From an uncultured Methanosarcinaceae archaeon (lineage in GTDB: Archaea; Halobacteriota; Methanosarcinia; Methanosarcinales; Methanosarcinaceae), in assembly GCA_963733675.1 (NCBI GenBank), contig CAVTET010000006.1, positions 32,001-96,000 on the forward strand: a stretch of 64,000 bases of DNA, read 5' to 3'. The translations under genes and the position numbers were made by a program. Position 1 is the first letter of the stretch. Each line of letters begins with the position of its first letter. Under the pieces are notes generated by a model. The model saw only the letters and a program-made list of their open reading frames with translations, ran no database searches and had not been told where the DNA came from. Positions 46,237 to 56,720 of the stretch are shown here, piece after piece.

Positions 46237-46725
46237 TTAAGTCAGTCCTAAGGAGCATGCTTTTTTCCCTACAACCATGACAGGAATTTTTGAGTGCCGG
46301 ACCAAATTTCCAGCAACGCTGCCCATAAGCATTCTATTTACTCCTATCTTTCCGTGAGTGCCCATAATGACAATATCCATTTTTTCTTCATTGGCGTACC
46401 GGATCAACTCTTCCGATGGATTGCCTTCAAGCAGGATAGATTGTACATTGATTCCTTTTGCCTCTCCTAAATTTTTTATATAATCTACAGCCTGTTGTCC
46501 TTGATTTTTCAAGGCTTTACGTATCGATGCCCAATAAGGATTTGTGCTCACAGAAGAATAGGCACCACCATCCATATCAAATGAATAGGCTGTTGACATC
46601 ACATGGACTGCATAAACTGTTCCCCAACTTAATCGAGCTAGCTCTATTCCTTTGTCAATCGCTAGGTTAGAGCAGTCAGAGCCATCAGTTGCGATCATTA
46701 TTTTCTTATAATCAATCGTTGTCAT
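46237..46725 (-). CDS. Universal stress protein (UspA family)
   Basis: KKIMIATDGS, GNPSEELI and DIVIMGTHG..MGSVAGNLVRHSKIPVMVV motifs. Confidence 0.95.
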   Translation of the reverse strand: MTTIDYKKIMIATDGSDCSNLAIDKGIELARLSWGTVYAVHVMSTAYSFDMDGGAYSSVSTNPYWASIRKALKNQGQQAVDYIKNLGEAKGINVQSILLEGNPSEELIRYANEEKMDIVIMGTHGKIGVNRMLMGSVAGNLVRHSKIPVMVVGKKACSLGLT

Positions 46726-47351
46726 GTAAAATCCTTAGTCATATCCTTTCTTTTAATAAATATAATAGCATCGGAATTTGCAACATGAAATGCCTATCGA
46801 ACTTTTAGAGCTTCTCTCCAAGAAATAGATAAAATAACTTCTAAACAAGAAAACTTTAAATATAAACATCAGCTTCTGCATAGTTTTTATGCTAAATTTT
46901 TTATAAAATGTAATCGACTTGGTATTCTGTTTTCATTTCCCGCAACAAATAGAGTGTAGATAGATTATACTCACAAGAATTAGGTCTTTACAGGTTTCAA
47001 TGATGCACATGTTTTATAGCAAAAACTCTCATTTGTTTGAGTTATTACATATGCAAACTTCTACAGCCTCTCAAAACTGACTGATAAGGGGGTAACAGCT
47101 ACATTTTGTGGCGAGACGTAGCTTTTCCCTGACTTTATTGTGTTGAATTTTCTCTACAATAATTTTTTGATATTAGTGATTTCACAGAAAAATCCGCGCA
47201 CTGCCAACATATACAAACTTATATGATGCAAATAAATATAATTTGTCAAAATATTATAGTTCTTATTTCGTTTTATTGCCCTCACACGGCAACTCTATGT
47301 TCAAATTACATTGCATCCGGTGCTTGTATCTAACTGTTTTTGAATTTGATA

Positions 47352-48248
47352 TTATTTTTTACAGACCTGGTTCTTTGCATACAGGTAGGACTTCCTTGCT
47401 ATTTCCATACTACCTTTAATTTCAACGATACTCATATCAAAAGTTCGGGAAAAATTTATGATATTTGTGTCGAATTCTTCCCCGTTAGAGATTTCATTAC
47501 TGATTTTGACAACCTTTTTATACATTTTTTTATACAAAGGATTTTTCAAGAAACTTTTATCGAAGCTGGCAGTATCGCTGGATCCCGTTTTCATTTTCCC
47601 CCAACTGGAGGCCCACATAGGTGTCAAGTAGAACATACCTATACCATTTCCACTCTGCATAACTTCTGCATAGATATCATTGCCACCAAGAGCGACACTA
47701 ATACAGTCGTCCACTATATCTTCATTTCCATCTTTGAGAAAATAGAGTGGGCAACCAAGATTTTTAAAATCAGCTTTCAAGCTTCTTAAAGAGTGTCCAC
47801 AGTTCCCATAAAAAAGAAGAATGCCATCTGAAAAATTTGCCATTTCTCTGATATTCCGACAGATTTCGGATCTTAAGATTTCACAATTTATGTGCAAGCC
47901 AAGCCTCAAAATGTTTACTACTACAGTGATTATTTCTCTATTCTTATTCTTCATATTTTCGAGTACTTTCCCAACAAATGGGACTCTTAATAGAATATTC
48001 GGAATTTTCACGGACATGTGAGTATTTATCTCTTTTAAAAAGAAAGATGCCCTATCGAGAGGAAAAAGTCTAGGATGGCAATTTTTGGATCTAAGCTTTC
48101 GGACAAACCTGAAGCATTGCCTGTTTTCAGCTACTAATAATTTGTTTAAGCTTTCGTCTTTTAAAAGAATATATACGAGTTCATCTTCAAGCATTTCACA
48201 GGCAATTATGCTCAGCACAGGCATCAGTAACTCTCTTTTAGATTCCAT
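47352..48248 (-). CDS. DUF1638-family protein
   Basis: IIACEMLEDE, LGLH, ILLFYGNCG, IVDDCISVALGG and FYLTPMW motifs. Confidence 0.85.
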   Translation of the reverse strand: MESKRELLMPVLSIIACEMLEDELVYILLKDESLNKLLVAENRQCFRFVRKLRSKNCHPRLFPLDRASFFLKEINTHMSVKIPNILLRVPFVGKVLENMKNKNREIITVVVNILRLGLHINCEILRSEICRNIREMANFSDGILLFYGNCGHSLRSLKADFKNLGCPLYFLKDGNEDIVDDCISVALGGNDIYAEVMQSGNGIGMFYLTPMWASSWGKMKTGSSDTASFDKSFLKNPLYKKMYKKVVKISNEISNGEEFDTNIINFSRTFDMSIVEIKGSMEIARKSYLYAKNQVCKK

Positions 48249-48641
48249 TGTTTTTGGTAAATTATAATCTTTTTTGAATTTCTTTTATTTATCAGGGAGG
48301 AAGAAAACTATCAAAATTGAATGTAAAATCGTAATCTTTCAGTTAGGTAAAAACAATATCAATAGCTATCTTAATTATAATTCAATAGGCAAATTTCATA
48401 GAGTTAGCTTTTTAATATTGGCTATTGATTCTTTTTTTCTTTTTTTATTAATCAGACACATCAATGATATCCAAATCAATAGCAATAAACTCCTAACTTT
48501 TTAAATTCCGATTTTAACTATGAGACCTATCATACTTTATTTTGCATCATAAGTGTGTAAGTCCTAAAATAAATATGATTTTGTCTATAATTATAGATGC
48601 TTTATATTTTATAGTGAATTTGGATCAGCTCTTAAATTTCG

Positions 48642-48682
48642 TTATATATATATATATACGCATATATATATATATATATATA
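48642..48682. repeat. Interrupted (AT)n microsatellite in the DUF302 promoter region
   Basis: TATATATATATATATA-CGC-ATATATATATATATATATATA, directly visible. Confidence 0.9.
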
Positions 48683-48704
48683 ATTTTATGGAGGAAAAGA
48701 AAAC

Positions 48705-49199
48705 ATGACTATCACAAAAGTCCAGATCGATTGATTCAGCGTGATATCTTCCAAGCCATTTGAAGTGATCGTGGCAGCTCTAGAAGCAGCTGTTGGGCCC
48801 CAAATATGGTCAAATTCGTGGAAGCAATTCAGTTGCGCACTAACCTTTGCTGAACTGAAGAATGTGATTCATAGGAGCCTGGGTAGAACGGGGCTAATGA
48901 TGTTCATGGAATTCGATCTCGGCGCTATTTTGCGTAAGGAAAACGGGCTCAACACGCCGAAAGTCGTGCGTTTTTTGATCGGCAATCCGCTCATCATGAA
49001 AGAAATGGTAAAGCATATTCCCGATGCTGGATCATATGCACCGGTTACAATTCTGATAGATGAGCGGCCAGACGGCGTGTATTTGTCGTATGACAAGATA
49101 GCCAGTCTTCTGGCTCCATACGGAAACCCCGAAGCTCTAGTAGTTGCTAGGGATCTAGACTCGAAAATCGAGTGCCTTCTTCGAGAGTTTGTAGTTTAA
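48705..49199 (+). pseudogene. DUF302-family protein with a premature TGA at codon 10 and a probable compensated frameshift segment
   Basis: GGAGG precedes ATG 48705: MTITKVQID*FSVISSKPF; then IGNPLIMKEM..AGSYAPVTILIDE. Confidence 0.8.
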
Positions 49200-49629
49200 A
49201 GATCCCGAAAAATATTAAATAGCATCATATTTTTAAAGAAAAAAAATTGTCAAATCAAATCAGGAATTTTAATGGCTAATTTGAGACCTTCTGATAGTAA
49301 CCACGCTTAAATATAATTATGTTTAATATTTAAAACAACTTATTTTAAGAAAGTAAATTTAGAAATATGATCACTTTTAAACCTTATAATTATTTTGAAT
49401 ACACACAAAATGGCGAAGAGTCAGATTTTTGCCTATGCGTCTGTAAAATCAATCATTCCATTTCATATGGGAATAGCCAAGTTTCTATCGATTACATCCC
49501 CAGTAAATGCAAAAAAAGGTATTAAAAAAGCATAGCGAAATTCAATAAATCCAAAAGCCATCGATTTTGATTAAATTAATTTTTAAAAATTAAAAAAAGG
49601 AATCTCATATCAGAAAAGATTAATTTGAT

Positions 49630-49756
49630 GGTTCCGTTGCAAAAATCCTTTCTAATGATACAATAGAATAAAAAGAAAACATAAGATAGCATATTACTAT
49701 CTTTGGTTTTCTTTTTATTCTATTGTATCATTAGAAAGGATTTTTGCAACGGAACC
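49630..49756. mobile_element. 127-bp fold-back (palindromic) mini-IS6
   Basis: 51-bp perfect inverted arms, 2 mismatches, 7 more paired bases and a 7-nt loop. The arm sequence equals the 5' end of the IS6 (about 36481-36557). Confidence 0.93.
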
Positions 49757-50271
49757 CGGCCCACCACAGGGCTCCACAGAAAACACTCTCCAGAGGTCAG
49801 AAGAAAGCCAGATTTGACTTTATGAATATTAACTACATTTGACCCTAGCAAACTCTTACTCTCTTGATTGTTGAGGTCCTAAAAATTATAGAATTTAAAG
49901 GCTAGACAAAATTGCGCATAACCATTAACTCTTCACCCACTGTATTTTATAGAACTGATAGTGCACTACAGTATCATAAAGTTCTGCAAAATCTGATTAA
50001 CTCTATGTTCTTTTTCTGTCACTACAAAATATAGAATTTATCGTTTTGTTTATGCGGAAGTTTTCATACAAAAACTATGTATCTTGTATTAAGACACCTT
50101 TACTGTTTAGAGTAGCTAATAATTATTGTTCAATGTTAAAATCTTCCTTAGTGAATGATTTTTTGTTTAGAAACTGTTTTTCTGATGAATTATTTTAAAT
50201 AATATATTTAATTGATATATAATTGCATTCATTAAAATTAATAAAAAGGAAATCAAAAGGAGTTCGAACAA

Positions 50272-50670
50272 ATGAAAAAGACACTTAGTGTTTTGCTAGT
50301 AATTTGTTTTTTAATGTCTGTGACCGCTGCAATAGTAAGTGCAGAAAACGGGAATAGTAAAGAAATAGCTATGAAAAAAGTAGTGGCTATGAAGACTGAC
50401 GACGGTAAAGATATAGCAATGGGGAAAGTAATGGCTATGACGACCGACGATGGTAACGAAATTGCTATGGGAAAAGTAGCAGCTATGGAGATAGAGGGTG
50501 GTAACGCTATAGCTATGGGAAAAGTAATGGGTATAAAGACCGATGAAGGTAAAATAATAGCTATGAAAAAAGTAAAAGCTATGAAAACCGACGATGGTAA
50601 AGTTATAGTTATGAAAAAAGTAGTAGCTGTAAAGACCGATGATGGTAAAGAGGTACCTATGGCAGCGTAG
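50272..50670 (+). CDS. Secreted Met/Lys-rich protein made of 16-aa tandem repeats
   Basis: AAGGAG RBS, signal peptide ending VSA, and six full repeats of consensus K(E/D/I)IAM(G/K)KVxAMKTDDG plus a partial one. Confidence 0.85.
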   Translation: MKKTLSVLLVICFLMSVTAAIVSAENGNSKEIAMKKVVAMKTDDGKDIAMGKVMAMTTDDGNEIAMGKVAAMEIEGGNAIAMGKVMGIKTDEGKIIAMKKVKAMKTDDGKVIVMKKVVAVKTDDGKEVPMAA

Positions 50671-51543
50671 GGTTATGAAGACAGAAAATAATAAATTAAA
50701 TTTCTAGAATAAACGTATATTCAATTTTGAAAGTAATCGATTAAAAGTCTATAAATACTAAAGAGAATTTTGAATAAATCTCAATTTTAGTTGGTATTTA
50801 TAAAACCTATATAAAAAATTCATTGAAAATCAGAGATTTATCAAATTCTCTAAATTTTAATTTTGCTTAGAGTACTATATTATTATCTTGTACATGTTTC
50901 TGTTTTGGGATTGTGGTTTATGGTAATTAGTTCCAGATGTTCCAGGAGTTCCATGTGTTCTAGGAGTTCCATAGGCTCCAGGGGTTCTAGATCTGGAATC
51001 GTTTCTTATTACTGATAGCAACTAGGAAATCCAGAGATTTAGACACAAAAACTATGCATAGAATTTCAGTATTAAATAATAGTAAAACTCACAGAACAGA
51101 AAGAAATAATGCTAAAATCCAATATTCCCTTCATTTGATAAAGTGCTACTTTTATTGCAAACGATGTCAACGACAATTCAAATATAATCCAATAAATGGT
51201 ACACTAGAATGCGCTGGTAAATTTCTAAGCTGTGATCGTATATGATATAAATTAAAATATCCGTCGAAAAAAAAAGCATATAATTTTCGTTGAAATAGAT
51301 CGGAGAAAATACTGAAGAGTGCCGCTCCTTCTTATTATAAGGCTTTGGATTATCAGTAAATTCTATTTTTATTGATATGGACCCTAACATATAGGAAAAT
51401 AAAAATATAGCCATCAATTCAAGGCAGCTTCTCAGATATTTATTCTCAATGCCTTGAAAGTGGCTATGATGCTGTTTTATCCTACTCTCAATAGCTCTTA
51501 GATCCAGTTACTGTTCTAATTAGCTTAATCAGTTATGATGGTG

Positions 51544-53805
51544 TCACAAATAGCCATTCACTAGTGGTGCCCTATAAGGATACAAGTTACCAGGGTAAGG
51601 GTATAAGTTACCAGGGTAAGGGTATAAGTTACCAGGGTAAGGGTACAAGTTACTAGCTTGAGAAGTTACTTTGATTGTAACAGTCTTTGATGCTATATTA
51701 TAATTTACGAGATCAGTTGGTATGAATAAAACATTCAACATTTGTGTACCTACATTCAATACAGTTCCTGCTGATGGGATATATGCAAATGTTCCAGGTA
51801 CCGTAGCAGTCGCATCTAGTTGAGTACTACTCAATGGTGTTCCATAGACTATGTCAGCAGGGTTACTCCAGGTAATTGTAGGAGTAGTATTTTGAGGAGT
51901 TGTTGTCAAAACATTTATTGTAGCGAGCATTGAATTTGTGCCGTTTGTGTTGCTTACAGTCTCGTTAACGGTATAGACTCCTGCAGCAAGATAGGTATGC
52001 GTTGGATTCGGTTCAGTTGAAGTAGCTCCGTCTCCAAAGTCCCATCCCCATCCTGTGGCATCTGTCGAGAGGTCTGTAAATTGAACCGTAAGGGGAACAT
52101 TACCATTGGTTGTGTTGGTATCGAAATTCGCAATGGGTAAACCTTTTTCAGAACTACTTTCTGGATCAGTAAATGCCTTGATGCACACATCAGTATTTGA
52201 GTAACCCGGCTCTGTTGTTATATCGGTCCAGGTATTTCCATCAGAACTTACAAAACTTTCGGATGTATTTGCTGTTGCCTGACTACTATGGCCACTGATA
52301 GGCATTTCCACAGGAATCGGGTATTGATATGTAGGGTTTGTAAGCTCCAGTACTACTGAAAATTTTTGGCCGGCGTTGAGCTGAACTTCGGAATTCAGTG
52401 GAACTGTATGATAACCTGCACTTGAAATTGTTCCACTTTGGGTAAGAGCAGGACCAGTTTGACTAATGGGGTTGGATCCTATATTATTGTAGATATTAAT
52501 TACATAATTGCAGTTTAGGTCTGTTGTATAGAAACTTATTGCTTTGAGAACTTCATTAGAATTTGCAGTAAAGATGTTTGCACCCCAGCCAGTTGTGGGA
52601 TTAGTTTGCGATGTGTTAATTTGCTGGGTCCATCCAAGTGGATCGTATTGGTAGATGTTTGTATAATCTTTAGGGTTTTCAGCCGTGAATTGTGTATTCA
52701 TATCGTATCCCACCTTAGAATCATAATAGGAAACATAGAAATACCCATTATCATTGTTTACATTACCCCAATCTGCTGCAGTTGTACCCCAGCTATTTTT
52801 TATGATAAATGCTCCATCTCCGGGTGGAGTTGTGGAGAAATTATTTTTGCTATAAGAGTCGTCCCAGCCAACAATGGTCACTGCATGGTCAGAAGCTGTT
52901 GTTCCACTATAGTAATAACCGTATGTGTTTTGGTTATAACTAGTAGTATCGGTGGGGTCAAAATAAAGGGCAGTAGCTACTGCTCCATAATTCATAATTG
53001 CTTCTTTTATGTCCTGATTGTCCGTCGGACCATTTCTGTTCGGAAGGAAAGTTACGTTTTGTACATGTTTATGTACAGGAAGTCCGAGCTCACTGGACGA
53101 AAAACTTGATGTAGCACTATAAGGATCATCGCTGGTGTTTACAGGTCCGCTCCAACGAGCTTCGTAAGCAGTTGACATCACAAAGTCTCCCCCGTCACTG
53201 GGACCGCGATCAAAACCTTGCGGGCTATTTGCAGAAGAAAGCACGTTTTTAATATTATTTTCTGAAAAACTCCAGGATTCTCCTGGCATTAAATATGATT
53301 CAAGGGATCCGTCAGTTGCAAATGTCCAACAAGAACCTGCAGAACCCTGATTTTTCACAGGAGTTACCCTGTTCAGAGTTCGTAAGTCATAGAAAGTTGG
53401 AATAGATGTGTTTGCGGAAGCATATACGTCTGGGACTGAAGTATGTTTGAGATGGCTAAGGTCTACAGGTGAAGGTGCGAAACCAGATTTATGTCCAACG
53501 GAGGAGTGTGTTATTTTATAGACAGATTTGTTATTCAGGTATTGGGTAAATTTAGGGTTTTCTGGTGCAAGTCCTATATTTAAAAAAAATTTAGTTTGGT
53601 TTACAATATCTTTGTGAATAAATTTGTGATCAGTTGGTACGGGTATTGGTTTATTTTCTTCTGAAAATCCTGCATATGCCATTGCTATTGATGAACCTAT
53701 GACTGAGAACAAAATCAAGAATCCAGTGAAAATCATTAATTTGTTTAGTATGTTAACATCATTATTTATAGTTTGATTTTTTTTCATATTTATCTCCTTA
53801 TCCAT
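51544..53805 (-). CDS. Secreted papain-like (C1A) cysteine protease with lectin-like, PKD and C-terminal beta-sandwich domains
   Basis: YDLR, NQGSAGSCWTF, DHAVTIVGWDD, IKNSWG and the PKD motif WDFGDG; N-terminal TM/signal segment. Confidence 0.95.
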   Translation of the reverse strand: MDKEINMKKNQTINNDVNILNKLMIFTGFLILFSVIGSSIAMAYAGFSEENKPIPVPTDHKFIHKDIVNQTKFFLNIGLAPENPKFTQYLNNKSVYKITHSSVGHKSGFAPSPVDLSHLKHTSVPDVYASANTSIPTFYDLRTLNRVTPVKNQGSAGSCWTFATDGSLESYLMPGESWSFSENNIKNVLSSANSPQGFDRGPSDGGDFVMSTAYEARWSGPVNTSDDPYSATSSFSSSELGLPVHKHVQNVTFLPNRNGPTDNQDIKEAIMNYGAVATALYFDPTDTTSYNQNTYGYYYSGTTASDHAVTIVGWDDSYSKNNFSTTPPGDGAFIIKNSWGTTAADWGNVNNDNGYFYVSYYDSKVGYDMNTQFTAENPKDYTNIYQYDPLGWTQQINTSQTNPTTGWGANIFTANSNEVLKAISFYTTDLNCNYVINIYNNIGSNPISQTGPALTQSGTISSAGYHTVPLNSEVQLNAGQKFSVVLELTNPTYQYPIPVEMPISGHSSQATANTSESFVSSDGNTWTDITTEPGYSNTDVCIKAFTDPESSSEKGLPIANFDTNTTNGNVPLTVQFTDLSTDATGWGWDFGDGATSTEPNPTHTYLAAGVYTVNETVSNTNGTNSMLATINVLTTTPQNTTPTITWSNPADIVYGTPLSSTQLDATATVPGTFAYIPSAGTVLNVGTQMLNVLFIPTDLVNYNIASKTVTIKVTSQASNLYPYPGNLYPYPGNLYPYPGNLYPYRAPLVNGYL
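51574..51651 (-). repeat. 21-bp tandem repeat encoding (NLYPYPG)x3 + NLYPY
   Basis: ACCAGGGTAAGGGTA(T/C)AAGTT units on the + strand. Confidence 0.95.
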
Positions 53806-54698
53806 TTATTTAAGAATGTTTCATTAACTCTTATCCTTCAATTTATAAATATTTTAAAAATTATCTAGTCTCAAAAACTGAAATCACTTCTTAAATTTTA
53901 TATAGTCTTTGATAGCTATTTATCAGAGATTAAAAATGAATAATCACTCTCTAGTATCCAATTTTGGAGTTGATAGAGCTTACTAATTCTAGTAATTTCT
54001 GATAGTAATTTCTATATATTTCAATTTTTTTCTAAATATATTGTATAATGTTTGGTGCATAACTTATACAATAATCTATCAATGTGTTGATTCTATATAT
54101 AATTATTTTTTGAACAATCACGTTTCATGTTTTATAGATATTAATATAATTAGACATATATATTATATTGAAACGGGCTAAGAAATAAAATTTCTACAGA
54201 TTGAAACTTTCATCTGAAAAATATCAACAGCTTTTGGTTGCTGAAACGAGATTAAAAAGTGCTAAAATTTACAGAAGGATTTAAGCATTTGGGATGCTTA
54301 AGATTGGTTATCTAAACGCATAGGTTGCTGAATTTTTTCCAGTTTTTATAAACACAATTTCAAATTGGGTATTTATTCAGTTAGTGTGCCAACTTTTCTG
54401 TAAAAACACAAATATCAAGAAGTTGTGAGAAAGGAAATCACACCTCTTAAGAATCCGATTACACAAATTATGTCTAAATTTAGCCTTGGATTTATAGCAA
54501 ATTTTCAATACTATCAAAGTCAGCAGTATACTGAAAGGTCTGTAACAATAACTGTTCTCCATTGTTTTTCTTTTATTACAAAATAGGACTTCTTGTTTTC
54601 ACTAATGCAGTGATTTTATAGCATAAACTATGCATTATATCTTAAATCATTATCAAAGGTCTAATGTTACTAAGTGACTCTTTTTGAAGGGAAAAGTT

Positions 54699-56063
54699 AT
54701 GAAAATCAAATCCATTAATCCTTATACTGAAGAAGTAGTAATGGATATATGATTCGTTTTCTATTAAGGAATGTAGGAACCATATTGAAAAATCTCGGGC
54801 TATGTTTTCAGGATGGTGTTCGTTGTCTGCCGAGGGACTGGCAAAATATTTTTTAAATGTTGGTGGAGTGCTCAGGCTGAATGTCGATAATTATGCTAAG
54901 ATTATTACGACGGAAATGGGAAAACCTATCAGACAGTCGAGAAACGAAGTTCAAAAATGTGCTTGGCTCTGTGACTATTACGCAGAAAATGCGGCTAGAT
55001 TATTGAAAGATGAGCTTGTAGATATCGGTGTTGAGAAAAGCTATGTGACTTTTGAACCTGTTGGAGTTATTTTCGGAATCATGCCCTGGAATTTCCCATT
55101 TTGGCAGGTTTTCAGGTTTGCAGTACCTGCAATGTGTGTAGGAAATGTCTGTGTGGTCAAGCATGCTTCAAATGTACCAAGGTCAGCTTTAGAGATTGAG
55201 AAGGTTTTCTGGAGGCTGGATTCCAGAAACACATTTTCAAGACTCTGTTAATTGACTTAAAAACTGCCATGCGAATTATTGCAGAAGATCGAGTGAATGG
55301 TGTATCGCTTACTGGCAGCATAACTGCGGGCTTGGAAATAGGGAGACTTGTGGGAGGAATTATCAAACCTCTGGTACTGGAATTGGGAGGATCTGGTCCT
55401 TTCATAGTGCTTGAAGATGCTGATATCGAGAGGGCTGCGCAGGTTGCTATGGAGTCCCGTTTTATCAATACCGGACAGAGCTGTATTGCTGCCAAGAGAT
55501 TTATTGTTGTGGAAGACGTTGTAGTTGATTTTATCGAAGCATTTAAACTCAATATCCAAAAACTGAAAATTGGGGGTCCTATGGATGAGGAAACAGATAT
55601 AGGACCTCTGGCAAAAAAGGAATTTGTTCACAGTCTTGAAAAGGTTCTGAAAGACGCGAGAAAGAAAGGAGCAGAACCCCAAACTTACGGGAAGAAATGT
55701 GGAAAAGGCTTTTTCTTCAATCCTACTATTATTCCTGCAGCTAGTACAGATATGAAAGCATGCAATCTTGAGGTTTTTGGGCCTATTGCACCGGTTATCA
55801 TTGCAAAGGACGAAGAGGAAGCAGTGATAATTGCTAACTCAACAGAGTTTGGGCTCGGGGCTGAGATCTGGTCTGGAGACCTTGATAGAGCTGAAAGGGT
55901 AGCAAAACGGATTCAGTCAGGATTTGTAGCTATAAATGGTATGGTTAAATCTGATCCCAGACTGCCTTTTGGCGGGGTCAAGAAGTCGGGAATTTGGAGG
56001 GAGCTTTCCCACTATGGGCTCAAGGAATTTGTGAATATAAAAACTGTCGTGGTTAACAAATGA
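54699..56063 (+). pseudogene. NAD(P)-dependent aldehyde dehydrogenase (succinate-semialdehyde dehydrogenase-like), frameshifted at about 54740 and 55207
   Basis: MKIKSINPYT / IMPWNFPFWQ..KHASNVP / LTGS..LELGGS..NTGQSCIAAKR..EVFGP..PFGGVKKSG in three pieces. Confidence 0.92.
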
Positions 56064-56099
56064 AGGGGTTCTGAATAGCCTTACTAACTAAGGATCATG

Positions 56100-56275
56100 T
56101 TCCGCATCCCGTATCCATTCATAATTTCGGGCTGGTTAACAGTGATTTTATGAGGTAAATAGTCTCCTGATGTAAAGATCAGTAATAAGGAACAACATCG
56201 GATATCTGAGCATCGTAATCTTCTGGATGATGGAGAGTCGAATTTTTTGTAGGTTGTACAGGAATCATAACAATA
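56100..56275 (-). pseudogene. Class I SAM methyltransferase, 5' remnant
   Basis: Minus strand reads YDAQISDVVPYY*SLHQETIYLIK...*MDTGCGT. Confidence 0.6.
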
Positions 56276-56304
56276 GATCCTTTGAATTCTAAGATAAGTA
56301 AAGT

Positions 56305-56453
56305 GGTTCCGTTGCAAAAAATCTGGCTATTTTACAAAACAAGTAAGAAACATCACAAATAAGATATTTATATGCCATAAACAGGTCAATAATGATACAA
56401 AAAGTAATAGTTATAACCTAAAAAGGCAGTAAAATTATTTTTGCAACAGTACC
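56305..56453. mobile_element. IS6-related MITE, type B copy 2 (149 bp)
   Basis: Reverse complement of 46081-46229 with a few substitutions. Confidence 0.92.
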
Positions 56454-56579
56454 AGTTAAGGTTCTAGTTTCGTTATCAAAGGAGTGAGCACTAAGTAGTC
56501 GTAAAAGATGTGGATCACGGAGATTTTTTATACATTATAAAGTATATGTTCCCGTTGAATTAGGATTATAATGAATTAA

Positions 56580-56689
56580 GGATTTACACATTTGAACTGA
56601 AAAACGATAGCTTTAAACCATTAAATGTCTAGAATGTAAATTTAAACCAGATGTTTTCTGGATTTGATTTTACTCAAGTGTGTAAATCC
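56580..56689. mobile_element. 110-bp MITE with 11-bp TIR GGATTTACACA and TAA target duplication
   Basis: TAA|GGATTTACACA ... TGTGTAAATCC|TAA. Confidence 0.75.
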
Positions 56690-56720
56690 TAAGGATCTTT
56701 TAATATAATGGAGCAAAAAG

